Source: an uncultured virus (IMG/VR IMGVR_UViG_3300022555_000014) (Duplodnaviria; Heunggongvirae; Uroviricota; Caudoviricetes). Taken from it: a stretch of 64,000 nt of DNA. Location: the IMG/VR virus record IMGVR_UViG_3300022555_000014, one strand, 5' to 3'. Both the position numbers and the translations under genes were made by a program. The notes beneath the pieces were generated by a model, which saw nothing but the letters and a program-made list of their open reading frames with translations, ran no database searches and was not told the DNA's origin. This document shows positions 20,138-29,959 of this stretch, piece by piece (position 1 is the first letter of the stretch; every line of letters starts with the position of its first letter).

Positions 20138-20557
20138 TCAGTCAGCGCCAACTTGATTCTCTTGTTGAGCTTTCTTCAAGGCGCTCCTATTCAACATAGT
20201 TGCACGGCGATCTCGCTTCATTCCACCTTGCTGTCTAAGGTGTTCCACCGTTCTCGGAACGGTTTCAAGTTCTGCTGCTATCTCACGATCCGACAAGCCT
20301 TGTTCAAATAACGGTCGGACCATGTCAACGGTCACAGTAATAGCCCGCTTAGTGTTGTACTGATTGTGAACAACTCCGTAGTCCTTAATCAACAAGCGAA
20401 CTACTTCTCCTTTAACGCTGTAGAGTTGGCCTATAGCCTAGCAGGTAAGTTTACTGCCGTTAACCAACTCTTCCATCTTCTCGACGGTTAATCCTTTAGC
20501 TTTAGCTCTTAGCACAGCCTCTGGTTCACCCGACTTGACGTAGTCTGTATAGCGCAT
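20138..20557 (-). CDS. tandem HTH protein with in-frame TAG at 20438-20440
   Basis: ATG 20557 with AGGAG RBS; VLRAKAKGLT and LFEQGLSDREIA align with 17304..17705 on both sides of the stop. Confidence 0.65.
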
Positions 20558-20599
20558 AAGTTTACTTTCTCCTACGATAGGAAGTTAAAATTTCAACAG

Positions 20600-21259
20600 T
20601 TAAACTGTAAATCTGCCTATAATTTCGTTCATTCTACTGTTAACCTTGTTTACTATGTCGTCAGTTAGGCTGATGCAGCGTGCTTGACTAGAGTCTTCCG
20701 TCCAAATCTCTTTGAGAGCTTCCAGAATCACAGGGCGCAACCCAATCTCTATTATATTATTGACTACTGCTGAGTAGAACGGATTGATATAGTCTGCATT
20801 GCCAATCTTAGTAGTTTCAGGAGTCGCGTCTTCGGAAACTTTAGCCACTTTTGTTTCAAGAGTTGGTGATTCTGAAATGTGTTTCGAAGGTTTAATTGTT
20901 GGGACGCTATAATTTACTGAGTCCAAAACATATTCTACAAGGATGTTATTCCAGATGAAGGGTGTGCATAAAGCCATCCGACGTGAATAATCGTAGATTA
21001 AATCTCTAGCAGTAGCGTAGAAGATACGCTCAGTATTTTTAGGAATTACAACGTTGTCCAGAGTCAAAGGTGTTGCTACCCAATAAACTCCTCCGTATTC
21101 TGTTACCAAGGCTTGCTTTTTAAGTTTACGCGTTCCCTGCTTGAACGCCAAGATTGCTCGCAATTCCGACTTTGAAATATGCTGAGTAGCTACAGAGTTG
21201 GCTCTTTCTTGAGACACAGGGTTTGCTGATTGGCTTGCTGTACTAGTTTCAAGGTTCAT
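20600..21259 (-). CDS. hypothetical protein
   Basis: 219-aa ORF. Confidence 0.6.
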   Translation of the reverse strand: MNLETSTASQSANPVSQERANSVATQHISKSELRAILAFKQGTRKLKKQALVTEYGGVYWVATPLTLDNVVIPKNTERIFYATARDLIYDYSRRMALCTPFIWNNILVEYVLDSVNYSVPTIKPSKHISESPTLETKVAKVSEDATPETTKIGNADYINPFYSAVVNNIIEIGLRPVILEALKEIWTEDSSQARCISLTDDIVNKVNSRMNEIIGRFTV

Positions 21260-21422
21260 CTTGACCGCCTATTTCATTGGTTACGTTGGTTATCTCTATC
21301 TGCACCAACCTGACAACAGTAGCACTATCCCACCCGGTCTGTCAAGTGGAATTTTACTCTCAGTTAACTGTTGCTCAAGCTCAACAAAATTAGGGCTAGG
21401 ATAGACATAACTACACCCACTG

Positions 21423-21938
21423 TTAAACAGATGAAGCATTGCTGCGGGACAAATCTCCAGGCAACCCTGTGTCCTTAGCAGGAAGGTTAGCCATTGCAGT
21501 AGTTTCAAACCGAGCAGACGAACTCAACGGTTTTACCATGTCGATAATATCAGTTGACCCTAATGTGTCGGACTTCCAGAATTTTGTCAACAGCTTACTA
21601 TTAAGTATTATCCAAGAAAATAAGGCTTTCATCTCCTCTTCATTGAAGACATTGTTAATGCCCGCTACTATCTTAGGCTTACTAGAAACATTTACCAGAA
21701 ACACGTTAACGTAGTCTCCTAGTTTTCGATTCTTACTAACTCTAACGACAGGGAACTCTCCTATAGTATGACAGTTACTAACAAAGATTAACATCTTGGT
21801 AGGCATCCCTGTTGTGCTAGAATCTAAGTCAGTTAAGTTCCAGATTTCTTCCTCAGTTGGGATAACAGACACGGTTTTTGGATCAACATTTTTAGCCTGT
21901 GTTAAGTAGTAGTTGATCCTAGTTCTTGCGTCAGTCAT
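21423..21938 (-). CDS. phage protein with NL...TGLP repeat domain (second copy truncated)
   Basis: NLTDLDSSTTGMP... domain followed by MANLPAKDTGLPG that ends abruptly. Confidence 0.55.
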   Translation of the reverse strand: MTDARTRINYYLTQAKNVDPKTVSVIPTEEEIWNLTDLDSSTTGMPTKMLIFVSNCHTIGEFPVVRVSKNRKLGDYVNVFLVNVSSKPKIVAGINNVFNEEEMKALFSWIILNSKLLTKFWKSDTLGSTDIIDMVKPLSSSARFETTAMANLPAKDTGLPGDLSRSNASSV

Positions 21939-22031
21939 GCTTCAAACTCCTTAGTCAAAGTGGTAGGGTCAGCACGTTAGCCAACCCTACCACACAATCA
22001 TTCACCTGTCAAGCAGAATCTTTGACTATCT

Positions 22032-23099
22032 TCACTCTGACCGCTTTTTCTTGGAAAGGAGGTACTGCCCAATCCCAGCAATCACGATTGCCTTCTCGTC
22101 CGGTACCCCGTAGACCATCTTGGTTTTCAGGTCGGACAACATAGCGTAGATTTCTACCGCTTGTTCCAGGGCAATTTCTGGCCGTTTCTTGTGAAGAATT
22201 TCCAAGAATTGTTTCTGCGGCCAGTTAATTATTCCGGAGTTCGATACGTCAGATACCACACCCCAAGCCATGAGATGCATACTGTTCAATAGTCCTCGGA
22301 AGTTAGGACCGTTGTCGTTCATGCACCGCATAGCTGACACTAATGACGAACAGTAAATACTAAGCAAAGTCTTCATGGCAACTTGATCGGATGAAATGTC
22401 AAGTTGCTTGAGTGCTTGAGTAATTACTACATCATCAACTTTCCCACCGTTACTTGCTTGAATGTCAATGACATTAGCCAAGATTTGAAGACATTCACGC
22501 GGTGCTCCACTAGCAGCCTTGGCGATCTTAGTAATTGTTTTCGGATCAAGTTTTACTTTCTCGCCTTTACAAACTCTTAGGATTAAAGTCTCAAGGTCCT
22601 CAACTTGTACTATGTCGTTTAGAACTATGTGGCGACCGCGTTGTTTGGCAGCTTTCAGTATCTTATCAGGCTCGGAGGTGCATAAAATGAATACCACATG
22701 TGCTGGAGGTTCTTCTACCACTTTTAAAAGTGCGCTCGCGGCGACTCCTTGTAGGGCGTGGACTTCATCCATCACATAGCATTTAAAGCGTCCGCGCATA
22801 GGTTTGAAGCGACAATTCTCTGCAAGTTCACGGATGGAGTCTATGGACCGTTCAGACCCAACATTGATCTCAATGATGTCATCCGTGATACCCTCATTTA
22901 TTTCAGTCGCAATGATTCGAGCTAAGGTAGTCTTCCCAACGCCACAACTGCCTGTGATCAGAATAGTGCTGGGCACTTGCTTTCTAGCTAAGAACCCCTT
23001 TACGATACTAACCGCCTCTGGTTGCCCTACTACCTGATCTAAAGTCTTAGGACGGTATTTTACGTTTAGTGCAGACGCTGCTAAAACTGTTTCAGCCAT
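22032..23099 (-). CDS. clamp loader / DNA polymerase III gamma-tau (DnaX)-like AAA+ ATPase
   Basis: KYRPKTLDQVVGQ, Walker A GSCGVGKTT, DEVH, ALLKVVEEPP, GAPRE. Confidence 0.92.
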   Translation of the reverse strand: MAETVLAASALNVKYRPKTLDQVVGQPEAVSIVKGFLARKQVPSTILITGSCGVGKTTLARIIATEINEGITDDIIEINVGSERSIDSIRELAENCRFKPMRGRFKCYVMDEVHALQGVAASALLKVVEEPPAHVVFILCTSEPDKILKAAKQRGRHIVLNDIVQVEDLETLILRVCKGEKVKLDPKTITKIAKAASGAPRECLQILANVIDIQASNGGKVDDVVITQALKQLDISSDQVAMKTLLSIYCSSLVSAMRCMNDNGPNFRGLLNSMHLMAWGVVSDVSNSGIINWPQKQFLEILHKKRPEIALEQAVEIYAMLSDLKTKMVYGVPDEKAIVIAGIGQYLLSKKKRSE

Positions 23100-23328
23100 G
23101 GTTAACATTCCTATTTTTAATAGTTTTCCAATTACCTTTGATGTAGTCTAGTGTGCCCGAGGTTACAGAATCCTGCTGCTCATGAGTCATGGGAATCCCT
23201 GGACACTCGGTAGGCAAAGAAGATTCTGCTCCACGACACACCAGACAATTAGACAACCCGCCATCGCAGATCGGACAACAACCGGGACGGTCACACTTAT
23301 TACCGTGTTCTTCAAGTTTGTGTTTCAT
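23092..23328 (-). CDS. Cys-rich hypothetical phage protein
   Basis: CPICDGGL..C.VC.GAE.SLPTECPG. Confidence 0.65.
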   Translation of the reverse strand: MKHKLEEHGNKCDRPGCCPICDGGLSNCLVCRGAESSLPTECPGIPMTHEQQDSVTSGTLDYIKGNWKTIKNRNVNHG

Positions 23329-23345
23329 GTCAACTTGTCCTCTCG

Positions 23346-23708
23346 TCAAAGGCACCCACGGCTCCGACACCACAAATAGTTTACTGCCAAACCAGACAAC
23401 CCATCAGGATGTCTAAGCTTACGATCTTTTAAGTCTACGCCTTTATTCGGTAGCCCCTTTGCCAACTCAGACAGTCGAGCATCAACATCTGTCTTAGACG
23501 AGCGTTGGTACAGGAACTTATTACGAATAGCCCGACCTAGACTATGGTGACAAAGAATCAAGTCACCTTCCGGCATTTCCTCCAACTCTTTTTTAGCGGA
23601 AGCTGTATAGGTTTCTAAAAACCACTTCCACAAATTTTCGCAAAACTCACCCTTAACCGCATACACGCTAGGTTGTTCCGGTTTAAGTGTGTCTGTAGTG
23701 TCGGACAT
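23346..23708 (-). CDS. DUF6794-like hypothetical protein
   Basis: HHSLGRAIRN...HPDGLS pattern; AGGAG RBS. Confidence 0.55.
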   Translation of the reverse strand: MSDTTDTLKPEQPSVYAVKGEFCENLWKWFLETYTASAKKELEEMPEGDLILCHHSLGRAIRNKFLYQRSSKTDVDARLSELAKGLPNKGVDLKDRKLRHPDGLSGLAVNYLWCRSRGCL

Positions 23709-23726
23709 GTTATTTTACTCCTGTTG

Positions 23727-24041
23727 TTAAGGACACATTACGGATGCATAGGTCTTGCAGGCAACTAGACTCATGAACTGTTGAAGGTTAGGACTCAACC
23801 GCCAAACCTTCTTCTTACTGTCCCATTTGTATAGGATTACTGTATCACCATCCGACCGAAAGTGGGTTATTAGAAATTCTGGTTTACCAATAACTTGTAG
23901 AGCGTCTTTCAAATCTTCGTAGTACCCATAACCTTCGGAATATATCATCCCTTCAAGCCCAACTCCGAAAATTTCTTTTCTAGTAGAATCTTTCCCCTGA
24001 CAGGGATCGTACACTTCTTTCAACGTTGAATAGTCAAGCAT
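23727..24041 (-). CDS. hypothetical protein
   Basis: AGGAG RBS, 104 aa. Confidence 0.6.
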   Translation of the reverse strand: MLDYSTLKEVYDPCQGKDSTRKEIFGVGLEGMIYSEGYGYYEDLKDALQVIGKPEFLITHFRSDGDTVILYKWDSKKKVWRLSPNLQQFMSLVACKTYASVMCP

Positions 24042-24063
24042 TTCTAGGCTCCTTTCTTATTGA

Positions 24064-25395
24064 TCACAAGGGGTCGTTAACGTCTGGGTGGAAACCACGA
24101 GCACGAGAGTTGTGGATTGGTTTGAACCCAAGCAGGTTGGTCAAGTTTTCTAGAGGTACGAATACTGAAGCAGACTCTCGTAGAGCACGAGAGGTAATTT
24201 TGTACTCGGCTGACGGACTAATTACTATGACATTTATCCCTATAGCTTTCAACTTGCTGCAAGCGTAGCAGAAGTCACCGTCACCGGAGAACAAAATCAC
24301 GTTTTTAGTGTCACGTGTTACAGACATAATCATGTCTGTAACTATATAAGTATCCATGTTTCCTTTTACTGTTTTTACTCCACGCTCGTCAGTACGCTCA
24401 ATGCAAAATTTAGTGACAAACTCGTAACCATTGTACTTCAACCAATCATGAATTGGTTTGTACTTGTCGTAGCCAGATTGCTCATAACTACGATTGCTCA
24501 AAGATATACTGTAGTAATTTAAGCTACAGTCGTGAGAGTACTTGTGGAAAAAGTTTCTTAGAGTCAAGTAGTCAACCATGACTCCACCTAGTAGGCGTTG
24601 GCTCTCATGAAGGTTGCTAGCGTCAATAAACACCTCCGTACGTCCATACTTTAGCAACCTAATCATCAAGTCAATAGAGGATACAGTAGCGGAAAGCTGT
24701 TCTGCATCTTTTACCGAGAGTAGGTTAGACTCAGGTCCGTAGAAGTCGTTAAAATTGTCATGCTCGTTGGTTACAACAACAGTAGGTAGCATTGGCTCCA
24801 CTACGTCTGTTACTGATGTATCACCCAACTCTACACTAGGGTTAATCTCCTCCTCTAGTTCTTCTTGATGTTCTAAGAAGTTCTTTTTGAAATATTTATT
24901 CTCCTTGCAAGGCTTACTTTCTTCAGGAGCTACCTTTTCAACCTCTGATGTCTTTTGGGTCATAATATTCTGTTCTTTTGTAGTATTCTTGTGAGTAGAA
25001 GGTAGAGCTTGTGTAGCAACCTGTGCTGCAACCACAGGTTCAGCCGGTTCCTTATCGAGGACTCCTTTAGGACGTTCTTGAAAATCTTTTATAACTTCCT
25101 CCGAAGGAACTTTCTGATCAAATTTGTACCACCTATTAAGTTTCAACACATCCATAATTTTGAACACCACAGCCCTCTTGGCGTACTTAGCATTAACAAT
25201 CGTGTCTATTGACTGTGTTCCTAGATGTATCTTAATAAATGTAGTAGTCTGTTCGTCTATCTCCTCCATTTCTTTCAATCGTTGTTCAACAGCACGAGCA
25301 AGCAGATGTCTTGCTTCTTTCTTTGATACTTTGAACCTACTCTCTGCGTCAGAGATTGGATCAAAATTTTTGGACATATCCACTGGATTTCTCAC
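24064..25395 (-). CDS. NYN-domain (LabA/DUF88) PIN-like nuclease with long N-terminal extension
   Basis: VFIDASNL, KGNMD, LFSGDGDF, SRALRESA. Confidence 0.85.
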   Translation of the reverse strand: MRNPVDMSKNFDPISDAESRFKVSKKEARHLLARAVEQRLKEMEEIDEQTTTFIKIHLGTQSIDTIVNAKYAKRAVVFKIMDVLKLNRWYKFDQKVPSEEVIKDFQERPKGVLDKEPAEPVVAAQVATQALPSTHKNTTKEQNIMTQKTSEVEKVAPEESKPCKENKYFKKNFLEHQEELEEEINPSVELGDTSVTDVVEPMLPTVVVTNEHDNFNDFYGPESNLLSVKDAEQLSATVSSIDLMIRLLKYGRTEVFIDASNLHESQRLLGGVMVDYLTLRNFFHKYSHDCSLNYYSISLSNRSYEQSGYDKYKPIHDWLKYNGYEFVTKFCIERTDERGVKTVKGNMDTYIVTDMIMSVTRDTKNVILFSGDGDFCYACSKLKAIGINVIVISPSAEYKITSRALRESASVFVPLENLTNLLGFKPIHNSRARGFHPDVNDPL

Positions 25396-25432
25396 TTTCT
25401 TTTTCTGCTTAAAAAACTTTAGAAATGCTTAA

Positions 25433-25549
25433 CAATTTCTCTTGACAAACTCCTTTATATAGAGTAGACTACGTAATCTTGCCTCCTCTCTTATAAGGCA
25501 TTTGAAAAACCATCTTACCAGAAGAGACAAGATTTGTCAAGAGAAATTT
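25433..25549. promoter_or_regulatory. two face-to-face sigma70-like promoters forming an inverted repeat
   Basis: Plus: AATTTCTCTTGACA...TAGACT; minus: AAATTTCTCTTGACA-N17-TAAGAT. Confidence 0.65.
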
Positions 25550-25637
25550 TCAACCTGATAACTTAATTTTGTAGTAACTGAAGATGTTCTCTAAAATCTT
25601 AGGTTGCACTACACGTCTTTCAAGGAGTTATTTTTAC

Positions 25638-26807
25638 ATGATCGAAAGCTTTGGTTCTACCTTCTTAGACGAGGCTACAGACTTGTTCTACTTGGACCGT
25701 AATTACGACCGTATGATGGCTAGTGCGGCTCGTAGTAACGTTAAAAATTCAGCTATTCTTTTTGGCATACAGGAAAAGCTGCCAGAGTTGTTAGCTGCTA
25801 TAGCGTCAGTTAATTCTAGCCTTAATCCTTTAGATTTGAATCTAAAGGCTCACCGTTATTCTGATCGGCAAGGTAAAAAGATTTGTAGTTTACACGTAGA
25901 CTCATCTAGTATAGAGTATAAGAAGTTCATCACTGCTATTCCCGCTAAGCGGATCAAGTCTTCTGACTTTAGTTCGGCTATGTCTTGTTATAAAGAGTTT
26001 AAAGAAGTTTTATCCTACGTAGGAACTAAGTCTGGAGCAACTTGTTTTGGAGTTATGGAGTTTGAGCTTCAGAAAATCCACGAGAAAAACCACATCACAG
26101 GAAAGGTGTCTACTGTCTCTTGTTTGCAGCCGCACATGCATATCCTTTCTACCAAGAAGTTAAAGGCTAAAGACTTTCCCGAATACTTTTTCGGAGATAT
26201 TAACGTTGACTCACTTTGTGCTGCTCGGCCACTAGTCAACAAAAATATTAAGCCCGGCACAGCTAAGCGTATTGTTAACTACCTGTTCAAACCTCTCAAG
26301 ACTTCTAACGTTTGGAAATTTACTGACGAGGTGACTGGAAAGCCTATTGGTCAGAAAAAGTACAACACCAAGACTCCGCCGTCTTACTTGATTCGTTTAA
26401 ACATTGAGTATCTCCTCAACAAGACTGAGATTACTGACACTATCATCTGCACCGACGATCTGAAAATTACTAAAACAGGAATCGTCACCACTAAAGAATT
26501 GTTACTCGCCCGTCAAAAGAAAATTGAGAAGCGGGAGAAGTTAGAAAAAATTAAACAACGGTTTGCTGAGCGTAAAGAGTCTAGAAAGTTGAAAAAACTT
26601 TCCGACCAAGAACGTAAGGCTCTCGCTGAACAGAAAAAACTTCAGGCTGAGTTGAAGGCTAACCTTAAGGCCGCACTCAAGCGCAAGGCTACAATTACTC
26701 CAGTCTACTCCACCGTTTTCGCCGTTGACTTTTCCACTCCGTCTTTCAATTCTTACGCTGGTACTGGTTTCCAGCAGACTGATTTGTTTGATCCAGAAGC
26801 GTTATAA
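25638..26807 (+). CDS. HUH-endonuclease (rolling-circle Rep-like) protein
   Basis: GVMEF, PHMHIL (HUH motif II), NYLFK (YxxK motif III); Lys-rich coiled C-terminus; AAGGAG RBS before ATG 25638. Confidence 0.7.
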   Translation: MIESFGSTFLDEATDLFYLDRNYDRMMASAARSNVKNSAILFGIQEKLPELLAAIASVNSSLNPLDLNLKAHRYSDRQGKKICSLHVDSSSIEYKKFITAIPAKRIKSSDFSSAMSCYKEFKEVLSYVGTKSGATCFGVMEFELQKIHEKNHITGKVSTVSCLQPHMHILSTKKLKAKDFPEYFFGDINVDSLCAARPLVNKNIKPGTAKRIVNYLFKPLKTSNVWKFTDEVTGKPIGQKKYNTKTPPSYLIRLNIEYLLNKTEITDTIICTDDLKITKTGIVTTKELLLARQKKIEKREKLEKIKQRFAERKESRKLKKLSDQERKALAEQKKLQAELKANLKAALKRKATITPVYSTVFAVDFSTPSFNSYAGTGFQQTDLFDPEAL

Positions 26808-27116
26808 GTGGCTTTAGTCTACGAAAAGCCACTGCCTTAGCCGACCTAGAGGAAGTCCGCTAAGAAGAATACACTCCTCAGACAATTTGAAGTGGTTAAA
26901 GGCTTGCCAGAATCGGCATAGCCTTCTATATTTTTGCCTTTTTTCTGGAGCAACCTTCTTTCAAACACCCTTCAACACCACGTTTCTACAGCCCAATCCC
27001 AGATTCGTCTTTTACAACCCCTCTTTATTCCAACAACCTACAGCCATACACTACCGTTTAACCATTATTTACCAGCCCTACTTTCCTCTATTCCAGAATC
27101 TGGGCTACAGTATTAC

Positions 27117-27300
27117 CCTCCCTAGTCCCCTCATTAAACAAATAGTAGAATACCTTCGGTGAAGTACTAATGGTTTAGAATAGTCAGGTATATCCTCCCT
27201 AGTCCCCTCATTAAACAAATAGTAGAATACCTTCGGTGAAGTACTAATGGTTTAGAATAGTCAGGTATATCCTCCCTAGTCCCCTCATTAAACAAATAGT
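27117..27300. repeat. 77-bp direct tandem repeat, about 2.4 copies
   Basis: Copies start at 27117, 27194 and 27271 (CCTCCCTAGTCCCCTCATTAAACAAATAGT...). Confidence 0.95.
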
Positions 27301-27465
27301 TAAATAATAGGAACATGTTTGCTAGGGGATCGAGCAACTTGAAAAAGATACTAACGGTTAGTAATAAATGATTGAGCTGACTGACTGACGGGTTAGTTGA
27401 AGTATTGAGGAGTACCAGGGTTAATTGACTCATTGGTTTAAGACTATTCCACCAGTCTAAAAGAA

Positions 27466-27521
27466 TTAAGGGGTTAAGGGGTTAAGGGGTTAAGGGGTTA
27501 AGGGGTTAAGGGGTTAAAGGG
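27466..27521 (+). repeat. (TTAAGGGG)6 plus TTAAAGGG telomere-like / G-quadruplex-prone repeat
   Basis: Directly visible. Confidence 0.95.
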
Positions 27522-27554
27522 TTAAAAGACTGCGGGTTAGCTGGTATCGATAGG

Positions 27555-28295
27555 ATTGACTCAGGATTGGAAAAGAATCCTTAAACTGGTCTACAATAAA
27601 CCGTTGTTAGTTAGAGGTACCTGTTAAAAAGAATCAATTGACTCTAAAGTCTAAGAACCCAGACTTGAAAATGACTCACTGGTAAAATAGAATCCAATAA
27701 GCTCAATAGACTCTAGTGAACTATACTAAGAATCCAACTACCACTTGACTCACTAGTACCAATAATTAAAAATAGTTGAGTCTAGACTCCTGAGTAAGAG
27801 CCAAAAAGAATCAAAAAACCAAACTGAATCCAAAAGCATCAATGACTCTAGTTAATACCCTTAGACCCTTAGACTACTAGTACTAGAATCCAAAGAGTAG
27901 TTGACTCACAGGTACGTAGTTGAATATAATTAAAAGTGGTTGGTTGAGTCCAGATAAGAATCGAAAATGATTCCTAGGAGTCACTAGAACTAACCCTTAG
28001 CTAAAAAGTGTAGATAAATTGAGTCCAAGGTAAGAGAAGAGTCAATAGGCACTCATAGTAGAATCCATTAAAAAAGAATCCAGAGTCACAGTTGAGTCCA
28101 ATGAGTCCAAGGTAAAGAGTCAATAGGATAGAGTCACAGTTGACTCACTAGTACCAAATAGTTAAAAGGAATCACTGTTGAGTCCAGATAAGAATCACTA
28201 GTAGTTAGAATAAGTGATTAAATAATAGTTGAGTCCAATGAGTCCGATTAAAAAGAGTCAATAAAAGTCAATAAAAATAAAAACCGGAGTCAAAA
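27555..28295. promoter_or_regulatory. dense GANTC (CcrM-type methylation site) array
   Basis: About 37 GANTC sites by manual count in about 740 bp, versus about 3 expected. Confidence 0.85.
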
Positions 28296-28653
28296 GAAAC
28301 ACTAGTACGTATAGTAAATGAGGTTAGAATAGGTAGTAAAGTGGTAGTAATAAAGGGGGTAAAAAATTTGGAGCCTTCGCGCAATCCGGCAAATGTCTAA
28401 ATATAGAGAATCGAAAAATCGGAACCCTCAAAAAATCCTTCCCGGTCTCCAGAGTTCCAAAAGTCACCCTCAGAATCCAAATCAATCCTCATAACCTATT
28501 ACACAACAAGCCCGTTTGAGACCTCCATTTTTCACAGAATCGGTTTTGTGTGTCCTAGCCTACCCAGAATCAAACTTTTTTAGAAAACCCAAAAAATCCA
28601 GAAAAAGTTAAAGTTAAAGAGTTTGGTGACTCTCAGAAATGTGCCCAAGTTAC

Positions 28654-28737
28654 TCTGAAAATAAAATTTCTCTGAAAATAAAATTTCTCTGAAAATAAAA
28701 TTTCTCTTGACAGGGTCGTTGTAGCCTGGTACACTGT
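28654..28737 (+). promoter_or_regulatory. sigma70-like promoter preceded by 17-bp repeat x3
   Basis: (TCTGAAAATAAAATTTC)x3 then TCTTGACA-N17-TACACT. Confidence 0.75.
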
Positions 28738-28786
28738 CCTCCAATCCAATGTTACACGAGAATATCCAATCCTAGGAGCAACAAAA

Positions 28787-29482
28787 ATGACCAAGACCTC
28801 GGCAGCGAGCCAGTCTCCTAAGCTTAACTACTTGCCTAGTGATTCAGTACTACTCAACCCTGGTACTAGTTTGTACACGTGGTCGTCAATCATCGACGCT
28901 ATCAAACAAGAGTTGGCTAAACTACAAACCTCGTACTTCTGTTTAACCGAAGGGCAGTTTGAAATGTTGTTTGGGTACCGTCTAGATGACGTGCCTGCAG
29001 AAGACATTGACTCGATGCTCTATTTAAAATCTGATGGCTCCCTGAGAGTTCTAGAACACGAGGTGAATGACATTTTGGTGTTAATCGTAACCCTTGATAA
29101 CCTAGTACCTGTCTTTATGGAGTTTGGGGTTGATCAACCTGTTCCTGACATAAACAAGAAAGTTAGACTGCCTAACCGTAAGGTATTATTGAACGATTTC
29201 ATGACTGACAATATGGTTGAAGCCTTAGATGAAGATAACATAGTCAGACAACCTAAAGAGGCTAACAAGTTATTCCAGTTTCTAGACAACCTCATGTTTG
29301 ATGCCACGTTGAAAATCAAGTGTGATGAAAACCTAAGAAAAGAGCTAATAACCAAATACCCTGGGAAAATAACCAAATACCCTGGAAACTTGCTGTTAAC
29401 CCATAAAGGTGTAATATTCTCAAACACTGTAGAAGGAATCCAATTCGCTAACCGAGTCCTAAACTGGCCTATCGAGTCCTAA
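28787..29482 (+). CDS. hypothetical protein
   Basis: AGGAG RBS; internal in-frame 21-bp duplication (ITKYPG x2). Confidence 0.7.
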   Translation: MTKTSAASQSPKLNYLPSDSVLLNPGTSLYTWSSIIDAIKQELAKLQTSYFCLTEGQFEMLFGYRLDDVPAEDIDSMLYLKSDGSLRVLEHEVNDILVLIVTLDNLVPVFMEFGVDQPVPDINKKVRLPNRKVLLNDFMTDNMVEALDEDNIVRQPKEANKLFQFLDNLMFDATLKIKCDENLRKELITKYPGKITKYPGNLLLTHKGVIFSNTVEGIQFANRVLNWPIES

Positions 29483-29599
29483 TATCATAAGACACTTCCA
29501 GTAAAACCCAGAGGCGTTAATTTGTGCTTGACACACTGAGACGCCTCTGGTACACTGCTCTTCAATCGGTTCCACCTTTGGACCCTTGTAGGAACGCCC

Positions 29600-29947
29600 A
29601 TGCCCTCTACCTCTGTGACTGTACGAGACAGTGCTCCTGGTATCTCTGGCACCCTAGTAGATAGTAAAACTCTATTCAACTTGCTTAAAGTTCATCCAGG
29701 AAAGATTAGGCTAAAAGACCCTAACACGTCTTCCTACTTGCAAGTAATCAAGAATCACCTATTAGCTGAACTGGTTGCTTGGTCTAACCCAACTAACCCA
29801 GTAACACCTTTCCCTAAGCTAACTTTCTCAATAACTAGAGGGGATTTGTACCTTAGAGGAATCCCTCCGTCTGTGTTTTCTGCAGTCAGGGAAAGGCACT
29901 TTGTACAACCCCTGAAACCAATAAAACCCCTACAACCCAAGAAATAA
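29600..29947 (+). CDS. hypothetical protein
   Basis: Preceded by a TTGACA...TACACT promoter and AGGA. Confidence 0.6.
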   Translation: MPSTSVTVRDSAPGISGTLVDSKTLFNLLKVHPGKIRLKDPNTSSYLQVIKNHLLAELVAWSNPTNPVTPFPKLTFSITRGDLYLRGIPPSVFSAVRERHFVQPLKPIKPLQPKK

Positions 29948-29959
29948 GGATACATACCT

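Larger units (their letters stand above)
26808..28780. other. putative replication origin / control region
   Basis: About 2 kb without credible ORFs near the transcription divergence; plus strand changes from C-rich to G-rich around 27300; several repeat types. Confidence 0.6.

Noticed and set aside
26887..27433. Short track ORFs in the origin-like block
   Set aside because: Low-complexity translations crossing repeats, without convincing RBS.
27466..27521. Full CtrA boxes or a real telomere
   Set aside because: TTAA spacing is N4, not N7, and the run is internal to the contig.
27117..28295. CRISPR array in the origin-like block
   Set aside because: No constant repeat with unique equal-length spacers.
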